64,000 nucleotides of DNA from the human T2T-CHM13v2.0 reference genome, Homo sapiens (GCF_009914755.1 NC_060928.1); one strand, 5' to 3'; counted from the first letter of the stretch, positions 43,681 through 63,617 are shown. Notes: generated by a model not told the origin, from the sequence alone. Numbers and translations are program-made.

Positions 43681-45121
43681 AATGAATAATCTCAGCACCT
43701 ATATCAAAAAGTTAAAAAAGTCAGGAAATTAAACTCAAAGGAAGTAGAAAAACATCATGACAGAAGGTTTGGGTTAGAAAATCATTAAATTTAAGTTTAA
43801 AAAGGAATGAAAAAACTAATAAACCCCAACAAGAATAATAGGGGAAAAAAGAATTCTAAAAATACCAAAATTAGTAATGAAAACATTGACATTACTGCAG
43901 ATAATAAGGTAAAAATACATAAATTTTAAAATTTGGGTCAAATAATTTTCTAAAACCTGAAACTTAGCAAATGAAGACAGAGATTCTGAATAATGCTGTG
44001 TGGATAGTTGGCAATATGATCTAGTTTACTCAGGATCATTTTCTAGTTTACTCCTTTTGTTCTGGTGTTCTACATTTTTAATTTTGTTACAGATATTTAA
44101 ATTATTTTAATCAAACTATTATCATTAATATTTCATTTCAAATAGTCAAGTTGAGTTTAGAAAATGTTCATACTCTGTGAATTGTGTGTAATGGACAGGG
44201 TTCTCACCTAACATATGGTTAAATAGTAAGGATGATCAGCAATAACTATTTCTATTTTTCTGACAATTTCTACCCGCAATGCAACTACATTCTTCCTTTG
44301 CAGAAAGCATGCTAATAAAACAAGAGCCCTTGATTTAGCAAGGACATTGAAAGTGAGGAGAAGCTAATATAGCCTGTTCTTAAGCAGAGGAAGTATTCAA
44401 CACTGCTGCTTCTAGGTGTACAAGACATAGGCATCTTGATCCATGCTGCAGTCTGGTTTGCATGAAGTTACCAAGCCTACAATGAGGATACCAATAAGAA
44501 AGTCTGGGAATAGGTAAGGTAATGACAATGCTGGCCTTAGGGATATACTGATTTCTTTTCAGATGCTAAGACAAAAATAAATGAATCTTTTCTTTCTTTA
44601 TATCAGTCAACATCTAGACAGAATTCAGGATTAGTAGTTTCTACTAGATAATTTATAAGACTTATAATGAGACTATAAAGTTGAAACAGGACTAGAAAAT
44701 CTAATAAGGAATAGTGTATTACCACCTCAGGGCTAACAAATGTAGGGAGCTATTACTATACCAATGTCTGAAGGTCCAGTAGGAAGGAATGATTATTAGC
44801 AGACAGAGATGATGCCTGTAAGGAGAGAGTTTTCCACTAGGAATCATGGCCTACCATAAACAAAGCAGGCAACCCGTGCCTAAGCAGCAGGGAGGAAGTC
44901 AAGGGAATAAACATCCTCAATTCCATCTTCTCTGAACTGTTTGGCTGAACCTGAGAACATTTCTGACACACGGGACTAAGATGAAAGAAGACTTATGTTC
45001 CAATTCTTCCGTTCTGACTGGTTGTGAATATTTTGATGCTTGAGATGAAATATAAATATGTCTCTGATTAGTTCACTTAATACAGTGGACATCATACTTA
45101 GCACAGGCCAGCAAAATAGAT

Positions 45122-45332
45122 CCCATGGCTCAAATTCAGCCTTCAGGTCAAATCTGGCCCACTTCTTGTTTTTCGTATATATTGGAACACAGCCCTGCTT
45201 ATTCATGGCCATGTTTGATCTGCAATGACCAATGGCTACAAGATAAGAAGTTGTGGCAGAGATCACATAGTCTGCAAGTCTAAAATATCTACTCTCTGTC
45301 CCTGTTCATAGAAAAAAATGATGACTCATAAT
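45122..45332 (+). mobile_element. MER58A-like hAT-Charlie fossil
   Basis: 'caaatctggccc...tattggaacacagcc...gttgtggcagaga...ctaaaatatctactctctg'. Confidence 0.72.
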
Positions 45333-47302
45333 TTAGTGGAAGCTCCATTTATATTTTAGAAATAATTTGTCTTTAAGCATTCGCTTCTATTTATATTTTG
45401 AGTTTGGGTCTTTTTCTCTTTGTCTTCCATAGTATTTTACTTGGAAGTCAGGAGAAACTGCTTCAGTATGCTGTTCCAGATGTGTAGCAGACAGTTGTAG
45501 TCCTCTGCCCAGATTTGCTTTATTTGTGGCGATTTAACTTATCCAGATCTCAGTAAGAAATAGATTAGACAATATCTAAGGTGGCTTGAATTTCTAATCG
45601 TCTGAGTAGAAAAAAACACAACTTAGATATAGATTATTAAACCCTACATTGACATTCTTCAAACTAAGGTCAGAAAATCTACATCCCCTGCCACATTTTA
45701 TTTACATTCATTAATGGAAGTAGAGAAAAACGTTATAGCACATACACACAAGCCCACATACCTAGAAAGCAAAATATTTGCAAACAACAAAATGACTTAA
45801 GGAGTTGTGTCGCCCCATACTGACAATTTTGGAAATAGTAAATATTTGGAAGATAAATATTTGGAAGATATTTGGAAGACAATAAAGGAATAAAATATAT
45901 GTTTTCTTCCTTAACACTTTATTTTCTCTATACAGATATGACAATACACTATTCTCCTATGTAATTTGCATTCAATTATTAAGTAACTGGTGTCTGCTAT
46001 GCGCAATTTAGACATTCATCTCAGTGTTTAGGTGTGCTAAGTAATGAAGCCAACTATGCTGTGGTTTTGAATAACACAATGAAAGAATAAACTCAATCTA
46101 TTGTTTCCTGATGGAGACTATGAAGACCTCAGGTTCTATAGGAATGAAAATGTTAGGAATTCAGGGTGCCAAGACATACCTCTCCTTCAAAATGAAACAG
46201 TCAGCATTATTAGTGGCCAGTTAACTCCAGAAAGTCACCAAAAAAAACTTTCAACCCATGGGGAAGTGTGTTACCACCTGCCTCCTGCCAGATTCAGAAT
46301 CACATTGGTCTACCGTGGAGCCACTAGCTTACTCTTTTACACACAGTAATAGACAAAAAAGTAGGGAGAGAGAGAGAGGGCCCCAACTCCAAAGCGAAAC
46401 ATACTTGGTGATTTTACAACAAAGTGACAAGCAATTCAGAGGCATACATTTAAAATAATCAGAATATTAAGAAGCAGACAAGTATTTGTTCTATTCTTCT
46501 TGAGGAAATGTAGATTAAAGAAAACATAAAAATTAAATTCCCACTCACTAGTAAAATGTGAGATAAAGTTATTCACATCTGAACAAACCACACTTCCCAT
46601 GCTTGGGATGACTTTTAAGAGGAGGATAGAGAGAAAAGCCAGAGGATTCCCTCCTAGGATTTTATGTGTGATGAAAGAATAATAATTCTACTCTATATAA
46701 ATAAAACTGAAAAATAGGGAAAGAAAAAAATAGATAAGACTGCTAAAATAGTGTACTAAGGTTTATTTAAATCTGTACTCTTTTTCTCTCAGAAAAACAA
46801 AACATTACATTAACTGCTACTCTTTTACATTCAAGTATCTGACTTATAGTAATAGGCTGTCATAAAATATCTAAACACCAGGTAATCAGAAAAAAAACTT
46901 CATATTACATATTTTAAAAGCACATATTTTATGCTTTTATATATTAATATAAAGAAAACCAGAGAAAAATCTAAGGAATAAAAATACCAATAAAACAATC
47001 AATCAAAATAAGGAAAAAAATAAACCTTGCCAAATAATAAAGTTTAGGTGATTGCCTAAATATAAGCAGACTGTAAGTCAATGTGCTGGGATATGTTTAC
47101 TGCAGAAATTTAAAAAAAATTCTTAAGCCACTAATGCATGCAAGAAACTGTGAGTGAAGCTTATCAAAAATACATTCAGAACCTATAAAAAAGAGGAAGA
47201 AAAAACAGCAATGAGATTTTTATTGCGAGAATGGATTACAGAGGTTACTATTAAGTCTCATTTTTATTAAAGATAATCTCAGCAAAAAATGTGTAAAGAA
47301 CA

Positions 47303-47518
47303 TAGAATTAAAATATAAATAGCAATATTTTTATTTATAAAACAAATAAACATATTTACATTATTGTATCTACAAACATGAAAATATTACTAAATTAAAA
47401 ATATACTTTTTAATCCAAGTTAAACTAAAATTCATACTAATCATATTTCTAAATCAAATCTAATAATATAGGAAGGATTAATTCCTGAAGCTATACATAC
47501 TTAAATATATAATATTTT
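47303..47518 (+). repeat. Local low-copy duplication, copy 1 (partner 52751-52980)
   Basis: Shares exact blocks taatccaagttaaactaaaattcata (26 nt) and aaatctaataatataggaa (19 nt), collinear over ~220 bp. Confidence 0.9.
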
Positions 47519-47520
47519 GA

Positions 47521-49959
<2,439 letters not shown>

Positions 49960-50575
49960 AGCTTGAATAGGCTAATATTGTAATGAAAAAGCAGCTATAT
50001 TTGCATGATTGCTATATATTTACCTTTACATCACAAAGAAAAGCTCATCATAGTAAGAGATATTACACATATATCCATTGAGTCAGTGTTTAAATTTCTT
50101 TTTCAAGTAGCAAGCCCTCTTATCTTGAACCATTATTTGCCAAGAGAGTGTTAAAAACATAGTGACCTTTCACATGCTAAATCTGTTGCTGTACAAAAAC
50201 GAGAAATACATAGTATAGAAAACTAACATTTACTTATCTCTTCTTCAAAATAAAAGCACTCCATAAGTATATGTGTGTATAATTCAGTGATATTTGTAGT
50301 AATGAAATATGTAAATCACACGTCTTATCAATAGGCGTTTGGTTGAACTAATTACTAAATATTCACAGAAGATATTTCCATATTGGTACTTTTAAAAATA
50401 AGGTATTTTCTGGATATACTAATGTGGAAAAACATCCAAAATATATTATTAAATGAGCACAGTAAACTATAAAACTGTGTCTAGAGTATTATTCTTCATA
50501 ATTAAAAAAAAGTTTCAGAAGAGTAGGTAGAGTGAACGACACATAATAATGATGATGATGACGAAGACGTAAGGC

Positions 50576-50645
50576 AGATAGATAAATAGATGATACATAA
50601 TAGACAGATAGATGATAGATAGATGATAGATAGATAGATAGATAT
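50576..50645. repeat. (GATA)n degenerate STR
   Basis: Interrupted GATA runs. Confidence 0.9.
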
Positions 50646-51290
50646 ACAGAGTTAGTATAGTGTAAAGCAATATTTGAAGCAAGAGATACTGATTTTTATT
50701 ATGCGTAGAATGTCTGAGGGAACAGGATTCACTCAAATGTTATTAGTGGCTTCCAAAAGGAAAGTAAAATTAAAGAAGGATTGGATGGAGCTGAAGATAT
50801 TAGCTTCCTATATTATTTATTTTTGAGCAGTTTTTAAAATATAATATATGCAAAATTAAGTTCTGAAATTTCTACTAATACTATCAAACCTATGATAATC
50901 ACAGTTAATGCTGATTTAAGAAAATATGTATTATTTTCAGGATCAACTTTATTTTGCATTTACAAAGCACAGCAATTTTACAGAAGTAAATGTTCTCATG
51001 AGAACTAATAGAATGACAGTCATTTTTCTTCTCAAAATCATGTTCTCAAAACACATATATCAGAAAGTTGTGGGATTTTTGTTAAAATTTAAGATACTAG
51101 GACCCAGTCCATACATAATGAAGCAGAATATAGTCTCTATAATCTATACTTTTCATGAAGAAGCCTCAAGTGCTACTTGTGAGGAAAATGTCTGAAATAA
51201 TGGCCATAGAAAATACATGAACATAGAGCTACATCATAATAAAACACATAAGTTTTAAGCAAGGTTATAATAATTGGATAATTGCCATGA

Positions 51291-51730
51291 TGCATTAGTA
51301 ATTTTTGCTGGGCTATGTTGCATAACAGGCAACCCTCCAAATCTTTGTTGTTGTCACCAGTGAACATTAATTTCTCACTCAAGCTACATGTTGCCTGTGA
51401 GTCATTTCCACCAGGTTGTGGCTTTGCCTCCACATTTCTTCTCCCTACAGGACCAGGCTGAAGCAGAAACCTATCTCCGGATGCGCTCTTTTAGAGGGAG
51501 GGGGAATATACAGGGACCCTAGCCAACCCATTCAAATGAATTGAAAGCACTGTTTGGGAATGGCATTTACCATGATAATATATATTTTCTTAACCAAAGA
51601 AAATCCTGTGGCCAAACCAAATTCTAAGTTGAGGAAACAAAACATTGTGAATAATGTCTGAAGGGCAAGGATGTAAAATTATCTTTTATAGAGCAGTGAG
51701 CTGGAACAATAACACAAAATCTATTGTACT
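51291..51730 (-). mobile_element. Old MLT1 (MLT1J/K-like) LTR remnant
   Basis: 'ttaatttctcactcaagctacatgt', 'ggaccaggctgaagcag', 'tggccaaacc'. Diverged. Confidence 0.55.
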
Positions 51731-52109
51731 ACCCAGGAAATTGTTGAAGGGAGAAAGTATAAAATTTATATTATTAAAAAAACCTTTCTACATAAAATTG
51801 TCCATTAATAACAATATGCCATGAAATTTAGATTGCATAATTTCAAGTTATATGAATTTTTTAAGTTATTTATTTCTAAGTTGTCTGCCTTCCTTCCTTC
51901 TTCCTTCTTTTTGTTCTTCCTCTCTTTTCTTTTCTTCCTTTCTTCTTTTCTTTTTTTCATAATGCAAGGGTATATAACTTGCATTATTTTATTCAAATAC
52001 ATTAGGCTTTATGCTTCCTTGAGACTTAGCATCTTTGAATCCTTAGTAACTGCAAGCACTATACATGTGTGTAGATTCTTCACAAACCTAAGCTAAAATA
52101 AGTAAAATA

Positions 52110-52420
52110 GCCACACTCCTGAGTTCAAATCTTTGTCTCACCATGCTCCCTGATGAACCTTATGCTAATTAGGGTCCTTGTGCCTGTGTCTTTATAAAAT
52201 AGAGAGGATTATACAATACCCATCCCAAAGGGTTCTTGCAAGGGTTAAATGAGTTAATATAAGTGATTTTTTATGATGATGCCCAGTATATAGTAGGCAA
52301 TAAATTGTATAAGCTCTTATTACTGTGATATTCTTTTTATAGATGATGATATCTTTATTCAGAGAAGTCATGTAACCTTCCAGTGGAAGATTGGGTTTTG
52401 AATCAAGATCTAACTCCACA
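52110..52420. mobile_element. MIR remnants (+ strand 52110-52318; probable - strand piece 52335-52420)
   Basis: 'cctgagttcaaatct...tataaaatagagagg...ggttaaatgagttaatata' is MIR core and tail. Confidence 0.65.
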
Positions 52421-52750
52421 GTCATTGTCCTTTTATCTGTGATATAGTCTGTCACAGTAGTTTGATACATCAAATTTACTTATTTACTTATAAAGAGTCA
52501 CTTATATTAACATATCACAGTCTGTAAAGATATGAGTAAAAGTGTGGGGAAACCGAGCATATTACTTGTTTTCCTGAATCAAGATGGTTTGAATGACTTT
52601 AGTGTATGATTGTGAGTTTTATAGTTGACTTAATGCACATTCAAATGTAATCGGAGCAATAAAGAATCAACATTGATTGATAATATATATAAATGATTCA
52701 TGGGATATAAAAATATATAGAAAATATATTTCTAAAAATGCATAAATATG

Positions 52751-52980
52751 TAGAATTAAAATATGAATAGCAATGATTTTCTTTATTTATAAAACGTATT
52801 TATACTTTTGTATTGGAAAACATAAAAAAATTACTAAGTTGAAGAATTATACTTCTTAATCCAAGTTAAACTAAAATTCATATTAGTTATATTTCTAAAG
52901 AAAATCTAATAATATAGGAAAGATTAATTCCTAAAGCAATACAGGCTTAACTATATAATATTTTCAATCTTTTGAAGCTT
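52751..52980 (+). repeat. Local low-copy duplication, copy 2 (partner 47303-47518)
   Basis: Same orientation as copy 1, with shared exact 26-nt and 19-nt blocks. Confidence 0.9.
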
Positions 52981-53679
52981 ACACATGAACTTTGGATAAC
53001 TTAAAATTATTTCAGTATTTGATTCAATTACCTTTATCTCAGGTGTCCTGTCATTCCTGAAATTTAGGTAGACATCATTCCATGAATATTCATGCTTATG
53101 GTAAGAACTTTCCCTTACAGAGGAGTCATATATACATAGGAGAGGTTTTATTCAATGTACTTTAACAACTATTTATTGGACAGCTGTCATTCTCTGAACC
53201 TCTGCTATTATCTTCATTTATACTGACACCTTCGTCTCTCAAAATACATGTAACTTGGTAGCAAAAATATTACGTCAATTTTACCATTTGCTTTTGGGAA
53301 TTTTGATTTTCATATGCCTGATCTTCTGCACATTTAAAGGAATTGTTATATATTAAATAATATGTTTTTCCTTTTCATATATTTCTTCACCATCTTTACA
53401 TCATAATGGCCAGATATAGTGCAGGGTTTTTAGCAGACATGGAAATGAGAAGATAACTTCATTCAAATAAATTTAAAAATGATCTTAAGTAACTGCTTGT
53501 TGTAGTTGTTGAATTTGTTAGATGTCTCCATTATTGTGTTGGCCCACTGCATCAAGTTGCATCCCATCAGTCCACTTGACCCTGAACTGTTCCATGTCAA
53601 TGTTTAGATTGTGTTCCCAAGGTCATGTAAAAGAATTTTCCAAAACTATAGAAACCCTCAATACATGCTTCCTACTTAA

Positions 53680-53710
53680 TGAGTCAACAGATCCCTGTTT
53701 CCATGGTAAC
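53680..53710. promoter_or_regulatory. AP-1 site plus RFX X-box (candidate enhancer motifs)
   Basis: TGAGTCA at 53680-53686 and GTTTCCATGGTAAC at 53697-53710. Motif match only. Confidence 0.4.
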
Positions 53711-54930
53711 CTAGCTTCCAAAGCAATCTTTAAAAATATATCATTGGAAAATGTTTGTAGAAGTGCACTGGTATGTGTTTATTTAAAATTTTTGACACTG
53801 CCCATTGCATGTTGGGAGAAGGAATGAAGAAAAGGTTTGTTTGGATCTTAAATGAAGACATCTTTCCTGAATGGTTGTATTCCCTTACGGGTAGATAATT
53901 AGTAGTTTTATTACAGACAGAGGTTTATATCCAATAGTCATGTGAAAGAGTATCTCAGTTTGAATGGAAGTTAGTTCAGGAGTCTAACAGACAGAGTTTA
54001 AAAAGAAATAAAACGGTTTTTTTTGATAGAAAATTGACCATTCAGGAAATACATTTACTTATTTATTGCCCCTGCTCTTCTTGGCACCTTTAGTTTTGGG
54101 AGAAATATTTTAGAGTACTTCACATTCTTATACCTGTTATCCATTTTATAGGAAGTAGTTTTTAGCCAGAGCACACACAAAAGCAAGGATTTGATATTAA
54201 TTTATTTCTTGTTATGTTTTGATAGTACCTCGTCATGTGTTACGACAACTGGAATTTTTGCCTGGTAGAATGTTCAAGTAGATGACTGCATTAAATTTTC
54301 ACAAAAACAGCTGTTCATCCTCATTCTCCCCTTCAGCCAGGCTTATCAAAAAGAAGGGGCAAAAGTACATTATTTTGATTGACTCATTGTCCAGGCTGCA
54401 AAGTTGGTTTTGGGGCAATTCAAGTTTCTGCAGTAGGATCTCTCTAGACTGAATTTCAGTCTGATGTCCCAGCAAGTCTGTTTCACCAAAGAGCATATAC
54501 TAATAGTTTCCTTTAATAAAATCTATACAGCAAAATTATTTGTAGGGATAACATAAATTAATAGCCAATCAATTCCTGTGTGTTATATTTTACTCATTCC
54601 ATTACGCAGAGCAACCTAAAAAACAAACATTCTTGTATTCAGTTAGCAATGCTTCATAAGCCATGAAACTTGGCTATTTAAATAGAGCTGTGAGATTATT
54701 CTAATTACACCAGACTTTGGCTTAAATCAGCAGGTGTCCTTTCATATTGTTCCACCTCAGTTATTTTCAATATCTTCAAATGAATAAATTTTCACTCTGC
54801 TTCTAGACATAGATTGGCAACCACTAAGATTTTATTTCACTGAATTCTTAAATGTCACACCTTTCAAGTGTGCTAGGAATTTGACATCTCATTATCTCAT
54901 TTTCCAAAGGCCTTGTAAAAGGTATTCTTC

Positions 54931-55224
54931 TTTTTTTTTTTTTGAGATGGAGTCTCACTCTGTTGCCCAGTCTGGAGTGCAGTACTGTGATCCTGGTTCA
55001 CTGCAACCTCCGCCTCATGGATTCAAGCGATTCTCATGCCTCAGCCTCCTGAGCAGCTGGGATTACAGGCGCATGCCACCACACCTGGCTAATTTTTATA
55101 TTTTTAGTAGAGACAGTGTTTCACCAAGTTGGTCAGGCCGGTCTGGAACTCCTGACCTCAGGTGATCTGACTGCCTCGGTCTCCCAAAGTGCTAGGACTA
55201 CGGGCGTGAGCCACCACGCCCATC
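54931..55224 (-). mobile_element. Alu (AluSx-like)
   Basis: Reverse-complement Alu dimer with poly(T). Confidence 0.95.
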
Positions 55225-55653
55225 ACTTCCTTCTATTTTCTTATCTTTCTAGTACCCACACATGACTTAGTTTGTGACTGTCGTAGATACATTATCCTTT
55301 GGAGGTGATTTTATTTGGTTTGATTTTTTTTCCTTCTGACACAGTGACCAGAGATATTGAAAGTGTGGCTGTTATGTCAGCCTGTGCCCTAGGGTGTAGC
55401 CCTATGATAATATAGAATAGTATCTACAGCTGACTCTGTAATATGATCACAAGAAATAAAACTTTGTGTTTTAAATAACTGATATTTTGTTACTACAATT
55501 TTGTTACTACAGAATAATCCAGTTCCACTGATAAAATACTCTAATTATTAGGAAATTGTTAAGTATTATATCCTCTTGAGTACAAGACCCAGTGAAATAT
55601 ATATATACATATATATATGTATATATGTTAGATTTCTAGTAAGTAATTCTTAA

Positions 55654-58767
<3,114 letters not shown>

Positions 58768-58791
58768 CAATGTCTATACACATGGTTTATC

Positions 58792-59348
58792 TGTGATGAT
58801 AAATTTTAGTTGTCAACTTGACTGGAATAAAAGATGAGTATCCAGATAGCGGGTAAAGCATTTGCACCAGCAAACTGAATAAGGGAGACCACCTTCACCC
58901 AACATGGATGGACATCGTCAATTGACTGAGGCCACCACAGAACAAAAAGGCAAAGGAAATGTGATTTTTTTTTTTTCTCTCTCTCCCCTGGAGCTGGAAA
59001 CTCTTCTCCTGCCCTGTGATATCAGAACTCCACGTTCTCTGGCCTTTGGGTTCCGGGACTTGAACTTTGTGCACCCTCTGCACCCCAAGGTTCTCAGGCC
59101 TTCAGCTTTAGACTGAGAGCGAGTCATGCAATTGGCTTCTTTAATTATTGGGTATTTGGACTTAAAATTATTCACACTACTGGTTTTCCTCATTCTCCAA
59201 CTTGCAGACAACCCATCTGCAGGACTTCTCAGCCACCACAATCACTTCAGGAGATTCACCTAATAAACCATCTCATATATCTATATCTGTCTATAGCTAT
59301 ATCTCTATCTGTCCTCTATCTGTCTATCTATCTATCTATCTTTTCTAT

Positions 59349-59401
<53 letters not shown>

Positions 59402-59412
59402 ATCTTATTGGT
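58792..59412 (+). mobile_element. MLT2B-like ERVL LTR
   Basis: Start 'tgtgatgataaattttagttgtcaacttgactgg', then 'atcagaactcc', 'ggacttctcagcc', AATAAA and the characteristic TATC expansion before 'tcttattggt'. Confidence 0.85.
59278..59404. repeat. (ATCT)n STR, 12 perfect units at 59351-59398
   Basis: Direct inspection. Confidence 0.95.
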
Positions 59413-60807
59413 GATAGTTATATGAAAAATATCTGTTGAATGAATGAAAGAGTAAATATCTATACACAAATTTCATTTGAAAGGAGTGTCTATTAATTCT
59501 GAAATTGTACTCAAATTTAGAAAAGGTTGTAGAGTTTTAGCATATTCAGTTCACTGTAATAGTTTATGATATTAGTTTAGATACATGTACTTTGTAAAAA
59601 AGATCTTTCAACATTTGAAAAGATGACCAAGAACATTATTGTAGTTTTTGATATTTTAGGATCTCCCGGTTAAATTAAATACATTGCATTCAACTAATTT
59701 CACTTTAATCTCATGTCCTGAAGAATATTAGTGTGCATTTTATTCAATAGGCACACAATTTATAGGTTTGACAATGCCATATCTTAATATGAAGCACATG
59801 ATTACTATAATAATTCATTACTAATTAGAATTTCCAGATTCGCTTATGACTCGAGACTTCCATTTACCTTAAAACTCTCAAATTTGACTTGCTAAGACCA
59901 TAAAGAAGTTGCAGAGAATTATCTGATTTTAATATTTTGAATTGGAAGTCACTTAAATCAGTTTCCATTTAAAGCCAATGACATAAACATGGTAATTTAT
60001 AACTTAATGGTTTTAGTAACCCAACAATTTACCCAAGAATAAAGAATTGTCTTTTCTTATAAATAGTTCCATCTTTTTCCAAAATAGCCCATTTTGTTAT
60101 TTTTATGGAATACACTCTTTCGAGGTGCCAAAAATTACATAATTCAATAAGAAATAAAGAATACTTTTGGCATGCAATGTGAGACATTGCATTATTAATA
60201 TTGCGTTCTTTCCTTTTTGGTGCATTTGGAATGCAGGACTTAGTGAAATGTTTAATGTCTACTCAACTCCTGGCTTGGCACTTAATAAACACAGAACAAT
60301 GTGCTATTCACTGAATTTTCCCTATATCTGATTTCTCGCATTCATATTTGAAAATTTTAATTTAAAAAGTTAGTGGCAGACTTAATATGCCACAAGTGAT
60401 GATTATGCTAATAGTGACCACATGAAAATTAATTTGAATGAACATGAGGAGGTAAGTACTGAAGTAATTTTATTCACTCTATAATTTGAGTTGTATTAAA
60501 CTATAATTTTATAACAGTCTTTAACTTTATTCAAAATAGTCAATTTGATTCAATAAAAATCACATTTTGATTATTTTAGTTCCTGTATATCAGTTTAGTC
60601 ATGTATAATTACAACTCTTGTTTTGTTGTTAGGCTCTTTTAAAAATTTTAAAATTTGAATAAAGGATGAGTGTATAATCACATATGTGTTCTCTGATATC
60701 TCTAGTTGTCATTGAGCTGCATATATCTGTGTTTTAAATAATAAAGTGAAATGCTAATGGCATTTAAGCTAATAGAATTCAATTTTTTTTATAGGCTAAT
60801 AGCATTC

Positions 60808-61073
60808 TTTTTTTTTTTTTTTTTTGACAGAGTCCCACAGTGTTGTTCGGGCTGGAGTGCAGTGGTACCATCATAGCTTACTGCAGCCCCGAACTCCTGG
60901 GCTGAAGTGATCCTACAATATCAGCCTCCTGAGTAGCTAGGACTACAGGAACACACCACCATTCCCAACTTTTTATTATTATTATTAATTTGTAGATGGT
61001 GGTCTTGCCATCTTTCCTAGACTGGTCTGAAACTTCTGGGCTCAAGCGATCCTCCACCCTTGGCCTCTCAAAG
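60808..61073 (-). mobile_element. AluJ, slightly 5'-truncated
   Basis: Poly(T), 'ggctggagtgcagtgg...catagcttactgcagcc', 'gggctcaagcgatcctcc'. Confidence 0.92.
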
Positions 61074-61989
61074 GCATCAAGCCTTCTGTTCTTTCAGAAA
61101 CTCTTCTTATTGCTAAAAATAGAAGATATGAGCTGTATGTAAGTATTATGTAACATTGTTTAAGCCTGACACAGACAGAATATGTTTAAGGCTCTATTAT
61201 TCCTCTTACAGGTATCATAAACCACTAGTAAAATATAAATTTGAGGGAAGCATTTAATTGCACATTTAGTGAAGTAATGCTGCTTTATTATGATGACAAA
61301 GAACTCTATAATCCTGTCATTTTACATACAAAAAAGTAGATGTAATACTTAAGTAATGAATACTAATGTACAAGCCAACTATGACCAGTATTATGTTATT
61401 AAATATCGGTAATATCTCTGTATCAGATAATGATATTCTGCTTTATGGACACCTTTAAAAAATTCACTTGATCCCTTCACACTTAGAGCTTCAGGAGACG
61501 ACTAAATTAAATTTTCCAAAGATAGTCAAAAGCAAACAGCTTTTTATCTAACTACCTTAGACATTATTACAGTATTCTTTGAATAAGGATTCCATAATCA
61601 TGTATCTAATACAGCTCAAAACTATGTGTCAGTGTTAACCTGCATTGTATACATTTGAGGTTTTCTGACAATAGAATAAAGGAAATTATTTCTTAGGTTA
61701 TTTTTCTGAGTTTTATGGAACATTATTCTCAGAAAACAAGAGATGGAGTAACATTAATATTAGCTTTTGAATCATAACTAATGGAATAATTTCTAAATGA
61801 CATGTGCATTTAAGAGGATTTAATTACTTTTCTGACAGTGTATTAGTCTTTTCCCACAGCAAAATTATATTTTCCCTGGAGAATATTTCCTTTTTCTACC
61901 TCAAGTCAAAAAACATATGAGTAAATATATTATAGCTTAATAATTTGGTAAAATATTAGTGACCAGATCATCTCAGGTAGCACAGAATG

Positions 61990-62630
61990 CAGGTTTCACA
62001 TATTGTGATACATGGTTCAGAATATTGTTGCAACCACACAAATGCACACATGTATTGTTGTCCACATATTTAACCTCTACACAATGTTTTTGTTTTGTCT
62101 TTTCTATTAACATATCTTGAAAATTTGTTTATATTGGTTTCTACTATATAATGGCCTAATTGTTTTTCAATAATACATTTTCTTCTATTGTATAAATATA
62201 AATAATTTATTAGTCCTCTACTAATGAATATATATGTTTACTTCAATTTATGTTCTATTATAATCATAGCAGAAAAACATGACATTATATATGTGGTATT
62301 TTATGTGTGCAATTTTGCCTGATACATTTTTACAATTTAGTGCCAAAATATCATCTAAGAAGTTTGAGTGATTTACTCCTACCCTGAAGGTGTCTAACGA
62401 TGGATGCTTCCCTAGATTATGTATGATCTTATGTGATAACAAATATTTATACTGCCAATAACGTAGGAAAAAGTATACTGTAGTTTTAAACAATATTTTT
62501 ATATGAGTGAAATTCAATATATGTCCATATGTGGAAAAATGTATTTTTGCTGACTACCTGATTATGTTCTTTCATATGATTTATGTCCTTTGATATATTT
62601 TTCTAGTTGATTTTGGGATCCAGATGTTGA
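61990..62630 (-). mobile_element. Ancient L1ME-like 3' remnant
   Basis: Degenerate motifs 'catatcttgaaaatttgtttatattgg', 'tctattgtataaatataaataatttatt'. Confidence 0.45.
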
Positions 62631-63499
62631 TTCTTATAAAAATTATAATACATAGATTATAATGCTTAATTTAATTATTTAAGTGGAGCAAGAACTTAAA
62701 GACACCTGGAAAACAATCTGCAGAATTTTGTTAAATTTGTTTCAAGGTTATTATAAAAATTGTCAAATATATAAAGCAGAGAAAAAGTAGTATAATTAAA
62801 TATATGTGCCTTTCACCTACTTTTAATAATTATTCGTATTTTGCCAAACTTATTTTCTGTTTCACTGATCTCTGGAAAAACATACATTGCAACTGCCATT
62901 CACAGTCCCTACAGTTGTTTTTCATTTTTTTTTTTTTTGGTCTGATTTCTTAAAGGAAAACCTGTGCATCATGTCATTATATCTTAAATACGTTAGTATG
63001 CCTAATAAAGACATATTTTAAAATAAACTACCTTGCTTTAACAATAATACTGCAGTGTCATCTAATGTACATACTTAAATTTTCCCAGTTGTTTCAAAGA
63101 TGACCTTATACTGTTTACGTGTTCAAAATCCAAAAAATACCCTCATCTTTTTTTGGTATAGCAGTTAATGCCCTTTTGTTTTCTTGCAATCCCTACCCCC
63201 TTTATTTTTATGCTTTTGAATTTGTGTAGCAAATGGATGCAAAATGCCCTAATTTTTACTATGATAACTAATGGAACTACTAAACATCATATTGATTCTT
63301 TCACAGGTCATCATGTGGGAGTTGTTTGTTCCTAATTTCTGCCTTCTCTGTTTGGAAGATTAAATAACTCCATTCCTTTTTCAATTCTAATGAATTTTTA
63401 GCCAAACATTGATCATCAAAAGCAAAATCAACACACCCAAAAATTTATAAATAAATTTAGTAGAAGATAAACAAAACCTTATGGAGAAAATTAATAAGA

Positions 63500-63617
63500 A
63501 GTGCAAAAGTAAGTAAGTGTCTATATTCATATTAGATAAAACAGAATTAAGTCAAGAACAGAAAAAGTCATTATATGATAAAATGATCAAACAAGCAAGA
63601 GGCTATAACAATTCTAA

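Larger units (their letters stand above)
42400..43990 (+). mobile_element. Ancient L1 ORF2 (endonuclease-side) remnant, interrupted at 42815-43680
   Basis: Motifs 'gtcatacagtgtgttctctgac' and 'aaactcaaaggaagtagaa', 'gacattactgcaga' lie on either side of the inner L1. Confidence 0.5.

Noticed and set aside
44300-44990. Possible ancient LTR remnants
   Set aside because: Only vague resemblance; I could not define termini or a family.
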